Shown here in pieces: positions 10,001 through 17,015 of a stretch of 64,000 nt of DNA. Source of the DNA: a virus; IMG/VR virus record IMGVR_UViG_3300042890_001842, positions 32,001 to 96,000 of that record; one strand, 5' to 3'. The translations under genes were made by a program, and so were the position numbers. The notes under the pieces are model-generated. The model was given only the letters and a program-made list of their open reading frames with translations, was not told where the DNA came from and did not search any database. Each line of letters starts with the position of its first letter. The first letter of the stretch is position 1.

Positions 10001-10283
10001 CCAACAAAATAATATGGTTGTAAGCCTGAATACTCTTATCTTTAAATGATGACCTATCAAATCTATCAGTTGGAGAAATATATGCCTCTACCCCAAGGAT
10101 TGGCTTAATGCCATGCTCTTTACAAGCAATTTGCATATCACGATGAGATGACAATGTTCCATGATCTGTAATTGCAATTGCTGACATGCCTAGGGCTTTT
10201 GCCTGCTTTGCAATCTCGTCTGGTGAGTTCAAGCCATCCATCATTGAATAATGAGAATGTACGTGTAAATGTATAAAGTTCAT
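7014..10283 (-). CDS. dnaE: DNA polymerase III alpha subunit (family C)
   Basis: PHP domain HLHVHSHYS/TDHG, GPGRGSAAGSL, PDIDTDF, GIHAAG, KLDALGL and YSFNRSHAVAY. Confidence 0.96.
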   Translation of the reverse strand: MNFIHLHVHSHYSMMDGLNSPDEIAKQAKALGMSAIAITDHGTLSSHRDMQIACKEHGIKPILGVEAYISPTDRFDRSSFKDKSIQAYNHIILLAKNKKGLSNIHKLQEIAWTEGFYSKPRIDREVLKEYAEGIIVLSGCLNGLVSKAISKGDLSEARLMLKDFKKIFQDDFYVEVQSHNPPEINSSLLELADELEIKPIATSDMHYAKEEDRLLEEALLIISTNPKMNKDADFDMSRQMNDMSDRFDYLYPDRRMTFKGMNLFMQTREEIEADFKTSGINRTDIFDNTLEVADKIKDYDLHKNLDLLPVPKTDADDKLRELSYAGLKKIGKDLDEVYINRLEEELSVIKDKNFASYFLIVADMINWAKENNIMVGPGRGSAAGSLTCYSLGITDVDPIEYDLLFFRFINPDRNDFPDIDTDFEDRRRKEVKEYLKKKFKYVASISTFTYFKDKGVIRDAARAFMIPLGEVNHALKSVDTFEEYVSSPNTKEFRLKYPEVTWLAERLRGKIRSTGIHAAGVIVAKDDLRNYGPVETREDREDKASGRIPVIAYDMDTVADIGLIKLDALGLKCLSVISDTIASVNKRTGKKIELAKINFNDANVFKMLSDGYTKGVFQAEATPYTNLLIKMGANEFEDLVVSNALVRPGAMNTVGASYINRKNGKEATEYVHPIMQPFTKNTYGVIIYQEQVMQACVHLGGMTWSEADKVRKIIGKKKDAKEFDQFKDKFVEGASKHISKKQAERLWHDFEAHAGYSFNRSHAVAYSMLSYYTAWLKLHYPLEFIFAALKNEGDKDTRTEYLIEAKRLGLKVKLPHINESEVYFSLQKDSLMFGLAEIKYISDSIANKIIENRPYKTYKDFVDKASKKGSGINSRAISSLNAIGGAAFEDNLRTGKEKENYYEFLGIPSFELKNIPPRIKAQALTIDQFDPIGSFVMFGMVKSIKRGKGWARVELVDETGSIGLFDHEQTKIESGKMYFILVGDNRIARYVDVNDVTPDSKDIFVDFLYRKQYDIDENEKMVINFTPYQTKAGKTMSHIVMTDKDKNLVRAIAFPTMYKITLAKMRDGMVCNPVLSKLDDGTFMIKEIK

Positions 10284-10296
10284 AACCGCCTTTGAA

Positions 10297-10318
10297 ATGG
10301 GGGCCCGTAGGCCCCCAT
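10297..10318 (-). terminator. GC-rich hairpin between SSB and dnaE (terminator or attenuator)
   Basis: ATGGGGGCC-CGTA-GGCCCCCAT, a perfect 9-bp stem with a short U tract. Confidence 0.55.
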
Positions 10319-10322
10319 CATA

Positions 10323-10994
10323 TTACCAATCTAAGCTGCTACTTGAAGCAGAAGACTCTTCTGTGTTGCTAGTTTCTCCAGTATAAAAAGCTTCTTGCTC
10401 TGCATACGGTACGTGACGAACTGCTGTCTTTTCTAAATCAAATAGTTCTAGACCAGAAAAATCAAATGGTGTTTCATCCTTTGCTAACGGAATAATTGTG
10501 TAACTGGTATCAGTCTTAGATCCGTTTCGCTTGATTCTCCACATAAGATTAGTAATGCTTCCAATCTCACCAGCATATTCAATTAGTGTAGGTGTAATTG
10601 TTTTACCGCTTGTTCCTTGAGAAAGAATTGCTACATATGGCTCTTCTTTTCCGTCATCAACAAGAACATTAATGTAAAGGCGTGTACGTGCCTTCCATCC
10701 TGCCTTTGGGTCCTTGCGATGCTGTTCATTAGCCCAGTCACGACCTTCTGTTTCCATAGTGTCTAGAGCCTTACGACGATAGTCTGCAGGATTAGTATGT
10801 TCCAATGCGATAAATCCACAGCCAAGCTTATCGTTATAATTTGGTGAATCTGGGTCTAGTTCTTGGAGGAATCGAATCTTTACGCTCTCTCCATCTTCAA
10901 CCTTTAGCCAACGTGCTTTGTTTTCATCCCCACCGCTGTAGGTAGGCTTATCTAGTGCTTTGTTTAAGTCTTTTAGACCTTTTACTATACTCAT
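10323..10994 (-). CDS. ssDNA-binding protein (T4 gp32-like)
   Basis: DGESVKIRFL, RLYINVL, IKRNG..TDTSY and an acidic/Ser C-terminal tail ending LDW; between primase and polymerase. Confidence 0.75.
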   Translation of the reverse strand: MSIVKGLKDLNKALDKPTYSGGDENKARWLKVEDGESVKIRFLQELDPDSPNYNDKLGCGFIALEHTNPADYRRKALDTMETEGRDWANEQHRKDPKAGWKARTRLYINVLVDDGKEEPYVAILSQGTSGKTITPTLIEYAGEIGSITNLMWRIKRNGSKTDTSYTIIPLAKDETPFDFSGLELFDLEKTAVRHVPYAEQEAFYTGETSNTEESSASSSSLDW

Positions 10995-11039
10995 ATTATC
11001 TCCTTATATATTTGACGGTATAAATCCGTCTGTTCTTTT

Positions 11040-11048
11040 ATTATATCA
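11040..11048 (-). promoter_or_regulatory. Extended -10 promoter upstream of the SSB gene
   Basis: TGATATAAT. Confidence 0.55.
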
Positions 11049-12044
11049 CGAGTTCCAAGATCTGTATTCTATATCAGATACAGAGTTTTTGATACAGGCT
11101 TTAATCTCTTCATCAGTCATATCGCCTACATCTTTTGCATCATGTGGGTATATCTTACCATATTCGTAAGAAGCCCACAAGATGTCCTTATTTTTTAGTC
11201 TAGAAGCAATGCTTAATCCAAGCTCTCTTCCAGCTAAATCTGAGTCTGTCATTATAGTAATCCTATTAAAATATCTATTTAACAGGAATATGTTTTCTTT
11301 AGACAGGTGTCCTCCAAGTGTAGCAACTACATTTGGAAATCCCGCCTGATGTACACGTATCGCATCAAAGCTAGACTCAACAATGATTACATGTTCACCA
11401 ATTCTTTTAGCCCTATGTATATTGAACATAGTCTTATTCTTTGGCAAGTTTGTGCTATTCTTAAATACTTTTTCTTTTATTGATCTCCCAACAAGACCTA
11501 CTGGCATTCCATCTGGACTATGTACTGGAACAATGACCATGCCCATTTTGTTTGAATATCCCAACTTAAAATGTTTCATAGATTCTTCATTGATTCCACG
11601 AGATACAAAATAATCTTTAGCTTCTTGAGATCCACCAAGCTCAACGTATAGGTTGTCTAAAGTTTGCTGTGGAAACTCTTGAAAGTCTGGCTTTTCTTCA
11701 AGTACTGAGTTTAGGGTATCTTCAAACATGTCATCTGCACTTGGTTTTTTTGAAAGTATAAACCTTAAAGTTTCAAACTCATTTTTACCTAATATCTTCT
11801 TTACTAATTCTTTTATGCCACCAGCTTCTCCACATGAAGGGTTAAAGCATATCCATGCTCCAGTTTCTTCACTAATATAAAAGCATGCAGTATGTGTATT
11901 ATTGTGAAATGGGCAGTACAAGATGATGTTGTTATTAGACTCACCAACAATATTAAGGCCTAAGCCTTTTACTACTGCCTTGATTTGTCTAGGGGGATAG
12001 AGCGAGGTATCAGCTTGTTTTGAGATATTCCCTCTGTCTGCCAT
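11046..12044 (-). CDS. dnaG: DNA primase (zinc finger + TOPRIM)
   Basis: CPFH...CFNPSC zinc finger; IIVESSFD, ATLG and DSDLAG TOPRIM motifs; start MADRG inferred. Confidence 0.88.
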   Translation of the reverse strand: MADRGNISKQADTSLYPPRQIKAVVKGLGLNIVGESNNNIILYCPFHNNTHTACFYISEETGAWICFNPSCGEAGGIKELVKKILGKNEFETLRFILSKKPSADDMFEDTLNSVLEEKPDFQEFPQQTLDNLYVELGGSQEAKDYFVSRGINEESMKHFKLGYSNKMGMVIVPVHSPDGMPVGLVGRSIKEKVFKNSTNLPKNKTMFNIHRAKRIGEHVIIVESSFDAIRVHQAGFPNVVATLGGHLSKENIFLLNRYFNRITIMTDSDLAGRELGLSIASRLKNKDILWASYEYGKIYPHDAKDVGDMTDEEIKACIKNSVSDIEYRSWNS

Positions 12045-12271
12045 GACTTCTTCTTTCCTACATATACACCATGGATAGTCATTATGAATTTCCATGTCTC
12101 GCCTGTGAATTCTACCGAAAAGGCTGGGTCTATGTCAAGTACTCTGACATATCCCTTCCCTCTCATATCTTGAACTAGCAAATTCTCATACTGTGGTCTT
12201 AAACTAATTAACTGTGCATTGTCATAAAACTTTACATCAATTTGGAATCTTTTAATTTTTCGATGAGTCAC
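11972..12271 (-). CDS. Hypothetical protein
   Basis: ORF between helicase and primase. Confidence 0.6.
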   Translation of the reverse strand: MTHRKIKRFQIDVKFYDNAQLISLRPQYENLLVQDMRGKGYVRVLDIDPAFSVEFTGETWKFIMTIHGVYVGKKKSWQTEGISQNKLIPRSIPLDKSRQ

Positions 12272-13502
12272 TGTTTAGCTCTGGCAAATTCTCATATATT
12301 GGAGTGATAACTCCACGATTAATATCCCAATCAAGATAAAAATCAAACTCTGAGCCGTGACGATTCTTTCTGCTAACTACCTCAATCATATTTGTATTGG
12401 TATACTTATGAATCGCAATAGCCATATCAGCATCATACTCAATTGCTTTAGACCAAGCAACTTGAGACAACATTGGAGGAGCATCTTGATCTGAGATATC
12501 ATCCATTGTTGCAGCAGTAATATCAATAACTGGAATACCATTTGTCATTGCAAGCATTTTAAACTCACGAGAGATATTCATATTACGTTCAGTTGCACCT
12601 TGGCTTCTCTTTGTATCTGAAAACAGCTGGTGGTAATCTAGAATAACTAAATCTGGCTTATGCTGATCAATCTTTGCCTGAACAGTATTAGCACTCACCT
12701 CACCCATACCCTCATTTGAAACTAAAATGAATCCGTTTTTATTCTCAAATTTTTTATTACCCCAAGATCTTAAGCTGTCAATATTTACATCTCCCTTTGC
12801 AAAATCACTTGCTTTGAATAAGCCAGAGCCCATCATTGTATAAATACGGTTACGCATATCTTCAGGTGACATTTCAAGCGATATAATCATTGGCTTGAAG
12901 CCTTGTTCCCATGCCTTACATGCAAGGTAAGATGTAAACCACGTCTTACCACGACCTGGCCAACCAATAGCAACAATTAAATGTCCTGGAGCCATACCTG
13001 TAGGATATGCTTTATCAATAGCATCAAACCCAGTTAGAATTCCTGGGCTTCCGCCCATTACTGCAGATCTTTCTTTAACTGACTTAAAGTGTTGTTCTGC
13101 TAAATCAATATCTGTAACATCAACATCTCTTACAGCATTTGTAAACTTTGAAAGACTAACTAGCTTACCTTGCAAATCTACAAGAACTCTTGCAGCAGCA
13201 TCTTCTTTTAACGCTGATCCAGATTGAATTAATATACTCTTTAGTTTATTTGAGATATATTCATTCTTCAAGGTATCTAAATAATATCCAGTCTCTGCAC
13301 TTGTCTTAGCTGGCTCAAAGTCCTTGAATCTTTCCATAAGAATTCCTACATCTGGAACTGCTTTAAACTTATAATAGTAAGACTTTAGTCCATCCCATAC
13401 GTCTCTATGGGAAACAAATAGCTCATCTACATTCTCTGCCAACAAAGTACTGATGTCTTTGTTGTGACATACTGCTGAGATTAATGTTGCTTCTGTATTC
13501 AT
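12252..13502 (-). CDS. dnaB: DnaB-like replicative helicase
   Basis: GWPGRGKT, SLEM, ILDY, IEYDAD and KNRHG motifs. Confidence 0.92.
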   Translation of the reverse strand: MNTEATLISAVCHNKDISTLLAENVDELFVSHRDVWDGLKSYYYKFKAVPDVGILMERFKDFEPAKTSAETGYYLDTLKNEYISNKLKSILIQSGSALKEDAAARVLVDLQGKLVSLSKFTNAVRDVDVTDIDLAEQHFKSVKERSAVMGGSPGILTGFDAIDKAYPTGMAPGHLIVAIGWPGRGKTWFTSYLACKAWEQGFKPMIISLEMSPEDMRNRIYTMMGSGLFKASDFAKGDVNIDSLRSWGNKKFENKNGFILVSNEGMGEVSANTVQAKIDQHKPDLVILDYHQLFSDTKRSQGATERNMNISREFKMLAMTNGIPVIDITAATMDDISDQDAPPMLSQVAWSKAIEYDADMAIAIHKYTNTNMIEVVSRKNRHGSEFDFYLDWDINRGVITPIYENLPELNSDSSKN

Positions 13503-13822
13503 TATTCTCCGCTCTCAACTAATTTCTTAGTAGCTTCTCGCAATTTGCGCCGCCTTTCTTCATCTTTAGCCTGTGCTTCCATCATTCCAGCCATTCTATC
13601 AAAGTTGTTAAAGAAGAAGTTAAGTGGGTGTCCAGCTTTAGATACTCCAAAATAATAATGTAACAGCTTAGAGGCTTCTTCAAATCCTACGCTATCAATA
13701 ACATCTTGCATGGCCCACTTCTCACGAAACTTATTTATTGTCACAGCCTTGTTGTATTTCTCTTTGTATAAGTTCTGATACAGAGTAAGCAGCACATATG
13801 GGTCTTTATTTTTTACGGCCAT
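13502..13822 (-). CDS. Hypothetical protein (possible helicase accessory factor)
   Basis: Translationally coupled to dnaB. Confidence 0.6.
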   Translation of the reverse strand: MAVKNKDPYVLLTLYQNLYKEKYNKAVTINKFREKWAMQDVIDSVGFEEASKLLHYYFGVSKAGHPLNFFFNNFDRMAGMMEAQAKDEERRRKLREATKKLVESGE

Positions 13823-14054
13823 TGAGCTCTTCTTCTACTTCACGAGTTTTTTGAATTAGCTTATCTTCAACAAACTTATATACACGTTCTGTAGCAGATT
13901 CAACATTCTCACCATTCCTGATAGAGTCTTCTACGCCAATCCCTATTTTAATACTTTCATAGTTACCTAAATTTCGTGTAAAAGATAAATCCACTTTAAC
14001 ACGAGTAGGTTCATTGGTTACAACATATGATTCTGACATCATTCCGCCTTCCAT
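13806..14054 (-). CDS. Hypothetical protein
   Basis: FTRNLGNYESIKI motif seen in phage replication regions. Confidence 0.6.
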   Translation of the reverse strand: MEGGMMSESYVVTNEPTRVKVDLSFTRNLGNYESIKIGIGVEDSIRNGENVESATERVYKFVEDKLIQKTREVEEELNGRKK

Positions 14055-14521
14055 ACTGGTATAAACTTGCCTTCAGAACTCTTAGTATACAATATAACAT
14101 TATTTTTGAGAAGAGCCTTGAGTTCATTTCTTGAAGGCAATTCTTTTGAGTATCCTGAATCTAATATAAATTCATGCAAATCTAATATATCAGATTCACT
14201 AAACATAAATTTAGACCATGTGCTTTCTGGATTTCCGATTGGGTATACTCTTTGAGGAACTTTTATCTTTCCATCTAAAATATAATCCTCTAAAGTAACC
14301 TTATGCCTATCAAGAATTTTTGCTACCTCTGAAGTTGAGTATGCGTTCTCCATATTCTTCTTTACTTGAGAATATGGGTACAGCACTCTTTTTCTATCTG
14401 GGTAACACCAAGCTATCAATTCATCTTTTGATCTGTTGCTTCTTAGTACTTTATGGATTTTACCATTTAAGAAGAAATAGACAAACTTTTTTGATATTGG
14501 TTTTCTCTGTTTTCTAGCCAT
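14039..14521 (-). CDS. HTH (MerR/excisionase-like) DNA-binding protein
   Basis: YSTSEVAKILDRHKVTLEDYILDGKI. Confidence 0.65.
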   Translation of the reverse strand: MARKQRKPISKKFVYFFLNGKIHKVLRSNRSKDELIAWCYPDRKRVLYPYSQVKKNMENAYSTSEVAKILDRHKVTLEDYILDGKIKVPQRVYPIGNPESTWSKFMFSESDILDLHEFILDSGYSKELPSRNELKALLKNNVILYTKSSEGKFIPVWKAE

Positions 14522-14655
14522 TTACCCAACCTATTCGTATCTTTATTTAACATCCACCTTTTGCCACATAGTATACAAAAAAGCTCAATATGAAGTTTTT
14601 GAGAAAAAACTCTATCTACAAACACTCTTCCATTACATCTCTTACATGTCATCAT
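14467..14655 (-). CDS. Zn-ribbon protein
   Basis: CKRC...CILCG; ATGA overlap at 14652-14655. Confidence 0.6.
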   Translation of the reverse strand: MMTCKRCNGRVFVDRVFSQKLHIELFCILCGKRWMLNKDTNRLGKWLENRENQYQKSLSISS

Positions 14656-15452
14656 ACTTGAAAAAACTTTCCATCCACGACGCATGAGTAGTCTGAAGAC
14701 ACATGAATCATTTGAATATGTGGGTAATCATTTACAATATGGGCAATAGCAAATCCCTTTTGCCAGTCATGGTGCTGAGTATACTTCATTCCTGGACCCT
14801 TCTCATCGCACATGTGACCAATCTCATATCCACGAAGAGTTTCACCTTCACCACCGTTCCTAAGCTCATATGTAACCATGTGTGAAGCAATTCTATGTGA
14901 GTGTCCTCTAATTAAAGATACCTGCAAGTCTTCCATGTCTTTGCGTACAGAGCCTGTTGCTGAAATTGAAATTCCATGATGTACGTGAACATCTCCAAAT
15001 CTTTGCTTAGGCAGTGAATCGTAGTATATGTATTCATATCCCAATGAGTCTAGGCTCCATAATGATTCTGGAGTAACCTCTTTTAAATAATCTGGAAGCT
15101 TGGCGTCCATGTAATTAAATATTCTAACATCATGATTTCCTAGCGCTGAAAACAATTGTGCATCTGGAAGCATGTCACGAGTCTTTGTATAAAATTCTCT
15201 TGCTCCTTTAGCCTCGTGTCTCATCATAGGAACAATTAAATCTTTGCTGTCTGTCTTGTGTAAATTTAGAAACTCTGCAGACCGACCCTCTGTATACTTG
15301 CTGTAGCAAGCTTGGTCGTCGGTATCGCCAAGATAGTCTACTACATCTGGCTTAAACCATTTCATTACTTTAAACCAAAGCTCAATCATTTTATCGTCTT
15401 GATACGGGAACTGCTGATCAGATGACAGCATCCATTTTAAATCGTTGCTCAT
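14652..15452 (-). CDS. Calcineurin-like metallophosphoesterase
   Basis: SD, LGDTDD, GNHD, HHG and GHSHR motifs. Confidence 0.85.
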   Translation of the reverse strand: MSNDLKWMLSSDQQFPYQDDKMIELWFKVMKWFKPDVVDYLGDTDDQACYSKYTEGRSAEFLNLHKTDSKDLIVPMMRHEAKGAREFYTKTRDMLPDAQLFSALGNHDVRIFNYMDAKLPDYLKEVTPESLWSLDSLGYEYIYYDSLPKQRFGDVHVHHGISISATGSVRKDMEDLQVSLIRGHSHRIASHMVTYELRNGGEGETLRGYEIGHMCDEKGPGMKYTQHHDWQKGFAIAHIVNDYPHIQMIHVSSDYSCVVDGKFFQV

Positions 15453-15467
15453 TTAATTCCTTATGAT

Positions 15468-15492
15468 AAAAAAGTCACGGATACGTGACTTT
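15468..15492 (-). terminator. Intrinsic terminator-like hairpin
   Basis: AAAGTCACG-GATA-CGTGACTTT, running into a U tract on the minus strand. Confidence 0.6.
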
Positions 15493-15504
15493 GATGTTAC
15501 AGTA

Positions 15505-15532
15505 ATTGTAACATATAATTATTGGTTGTCAA
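15505..15532 (-). promoter_or_regulatory. Strong sigma70-type promoter at the head of the replication block, overlapped by a palindrome
   Basis: TTGACA-16 nt-(TGT)TACAAT; inverted repeat ATGTTACA-N5-TGTAACAT at 15494-15514. Confidence 0.65.
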
Positions 15533-15534
15533 TA

Positions 15535-15987
15535 CTACGCTATTGTTGGTTTTGCTACTGCAAAGTAGTGAACTTGTACGTTAAATGATCTTGATGTTGT
15601 GTATGCTGCACCGTCTGCTTTATTTACGCCAGCTACTCTGTTTACCATTAACTTAAAGCCTTGTCGATTTGCACTTTGAATATAATGAACTAAGTCCATG
15701 TCTTCGCTTCCACACTGAAGGGTAACAATTACAGAATATGGATCATTAGACAAAGGCTTATCAAATGAAACATCAATTGGCACCGCTTTTCCAGAAAATG
15801 TAATTGGAAATGATTTCGATACCCCAGTAGTCATAACTGAAGCAACTACATCTCCAGCAATATCTGCTCCACTTGGCAACTTTAATGCTTTTGCATTTAC
15901 CTCATTAATAAATGTAACCAGCTTCTGTAACTTTGTTGCATCTATTGGCTCCCCCTCATTAAATTGAAGGCTATACTCTTGTGTCAT
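15535..15987 (-). CDS. Putative virion/tail-tip protein
   Basis: End of the tail operon; beta-rich C-terminus. Confidence 0.5.
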   Translation of the reverse strand: MTQEYSLQFNEGEPIDATKLQKLVTFINEVNAKALKLPSGADIAGDVVASVMTTGVSKSFPITFSGKAVPIDVSFDKPLSNDPYSVIVTLQCGSEDMDLVHYIQSANRQGFKLMVNRVAGVNKADGAAYTTSRSFNVQVHYFAVAKPTIA

Positions 15988-16397
15988 AAATTTTCTCCTA
16001 ATAAATGCATTTCTGATTCTTCACTACCTACTTCAATAACCTTAGATCTGTCTAGACCATAATTATCAAATACGTCTGGGCTGGTAATGTGACGTCTTTT
16101 ATTCTGTGATATTAAATATATTTTACCATCTGATATATCCTTTATCAAAGTGCCATCACGAAACCCAAGCTTGCCAACAACTTTATACTTTGACAATGCT
16201 GATTCTGCAGCATCAACTGTTGTAAAAGACCATGAGCTTGCAGCCCTATTTGAAATAAGCCTGTAAAGCTTTCCATCTTTAACCCAGTAAGTATTCTTAT
16301 CTGTTTTTACAGCAATTCCAGAAGGAAAGCTAGTTGATTTTACTATTAAGCTCTTCTTTGTATTCTTGAATAGCTTGTTCACGCTGTCCCTTTTCAT
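15984..16397 (-). CDS. Hypothetical protein
   Basis: Internal two-fold pattern (DGKLYRLIS / DGKIYLISQNKRRHI); true start may be downstream. Confidence 0.6.
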   Translation of the reverse strand: MKRDSVNKLFKNTKKSLIVKSTSFPSGIAVKTDKNTYWVKDGKLYRLISNRAASSWSFTTVDAAESALSKYKVVGKLGFRDGTLIKDISDGKIYLISQNKRRHITSPDVFDNYGLDRSKVIEVGSEESEMHLLGENL

Positions 16398-16512
16398 TTA
16401 TTAGCTCTGTAACCTCTGCACGAAGTACTGCTATCTGTGTCTCATAATTTGAAACAAGTTCACCAATTCTTTGTTGGAGTGCTGTTACAATAAGTTCAAT
16501 CTTTTCTGTCAC
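16330..16512 (-). CDS. Small coiled-coil protein
   Basis: Heptad pattern; overlaps the stop of the upstream gene. Confidence 0.6.
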   Translation of the reverse strand: MTEKIELIVTALQQRIGELVSNYETQIAVLRAEVTELINEKGQREQAIQEYKEELNSKIN

Positions 16513-16727
16513 TCAGGTAGCCCTTCTATTTCATTCATCAAAGCATCTATTTGAGCTTGACGAGTTGCAACTTCAGCATTTATTTCTGAAATTTTTGTTG
16601 CATTAGGAACAGCTACAGCATTTTCAACAATTAGCTGAACTTCTGACGAATACTTATTATAAGTTAGTTGACGAATCTGTCCTCTTATAATATCTATCTT
16701 TTCTGCTCTTGTTAGGTCATATATCAT
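16509..16727 (-). CDS. Small helical-hairpin protein (YDLT..EK..II family)
   Basis: AAGGAGG RBS; paralogous to 16783-16998. Confidence 0.7.
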   Translation of the reverse strand: MIYDLTRAEKIDIIRGQIRQLTYNKYSSEVQLIVENAVAVPNATKISEINAEVATRQAQIDALMNEIEGLPE

Positions 16728-16744
16728 TTTATTCCTCCTTTCAT

Positions 16745-16753
16745 ATTATAGCA
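16745..16753 (-). promoter_or_regulatory. Extended -10 promoter
   Basis: TGCTATAAT. Confidence 0.5.
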
Positions 16754-16782
16754 TAAACATTAAAAATTTTGTATACCCTATT

Positions 16783-16998
16783 TTAATCAATTTCATTTAA
16801 TTTTATCGACAACGCCTCTATTCTTAGGCTACAGTCATTTATTTGATTTTGAAGATCCGTAATTATTGATTCTTTTGGATTAGAAACAGAAGATTCTTCA
16901 ATCATTAAAAGCTCAATATTGAATTTATGATTAGATAGACGCTTTAGGCTGCTACCTATAATTTCCTTTTTTTCATCATTTGTTAGATCATATGTCAT
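16783..16998 (-). CDS. Small helical-hairpin protein (YDLT..EK..II family)
   Basis: AAGGAG RBS; paralogous to 16509-16727. Confidence 0.7.
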   Translation of the reverse strand: MTYDLTNDEKKEIIGSSLKRLSNHKFNIELLMIEESSVSNPKESIITDLQNQINDCSLRIEALSIKLNEID

Positions 16999-17015
16999 TT
17001 TTTACTCCTTTCATT

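Noticed and set aside
5449-13502. Inteins or introns in recA, dnaE or dnaB
   Set aside because: Lengths are normal, motifs are contiguous and no splice-junction signatures are seen
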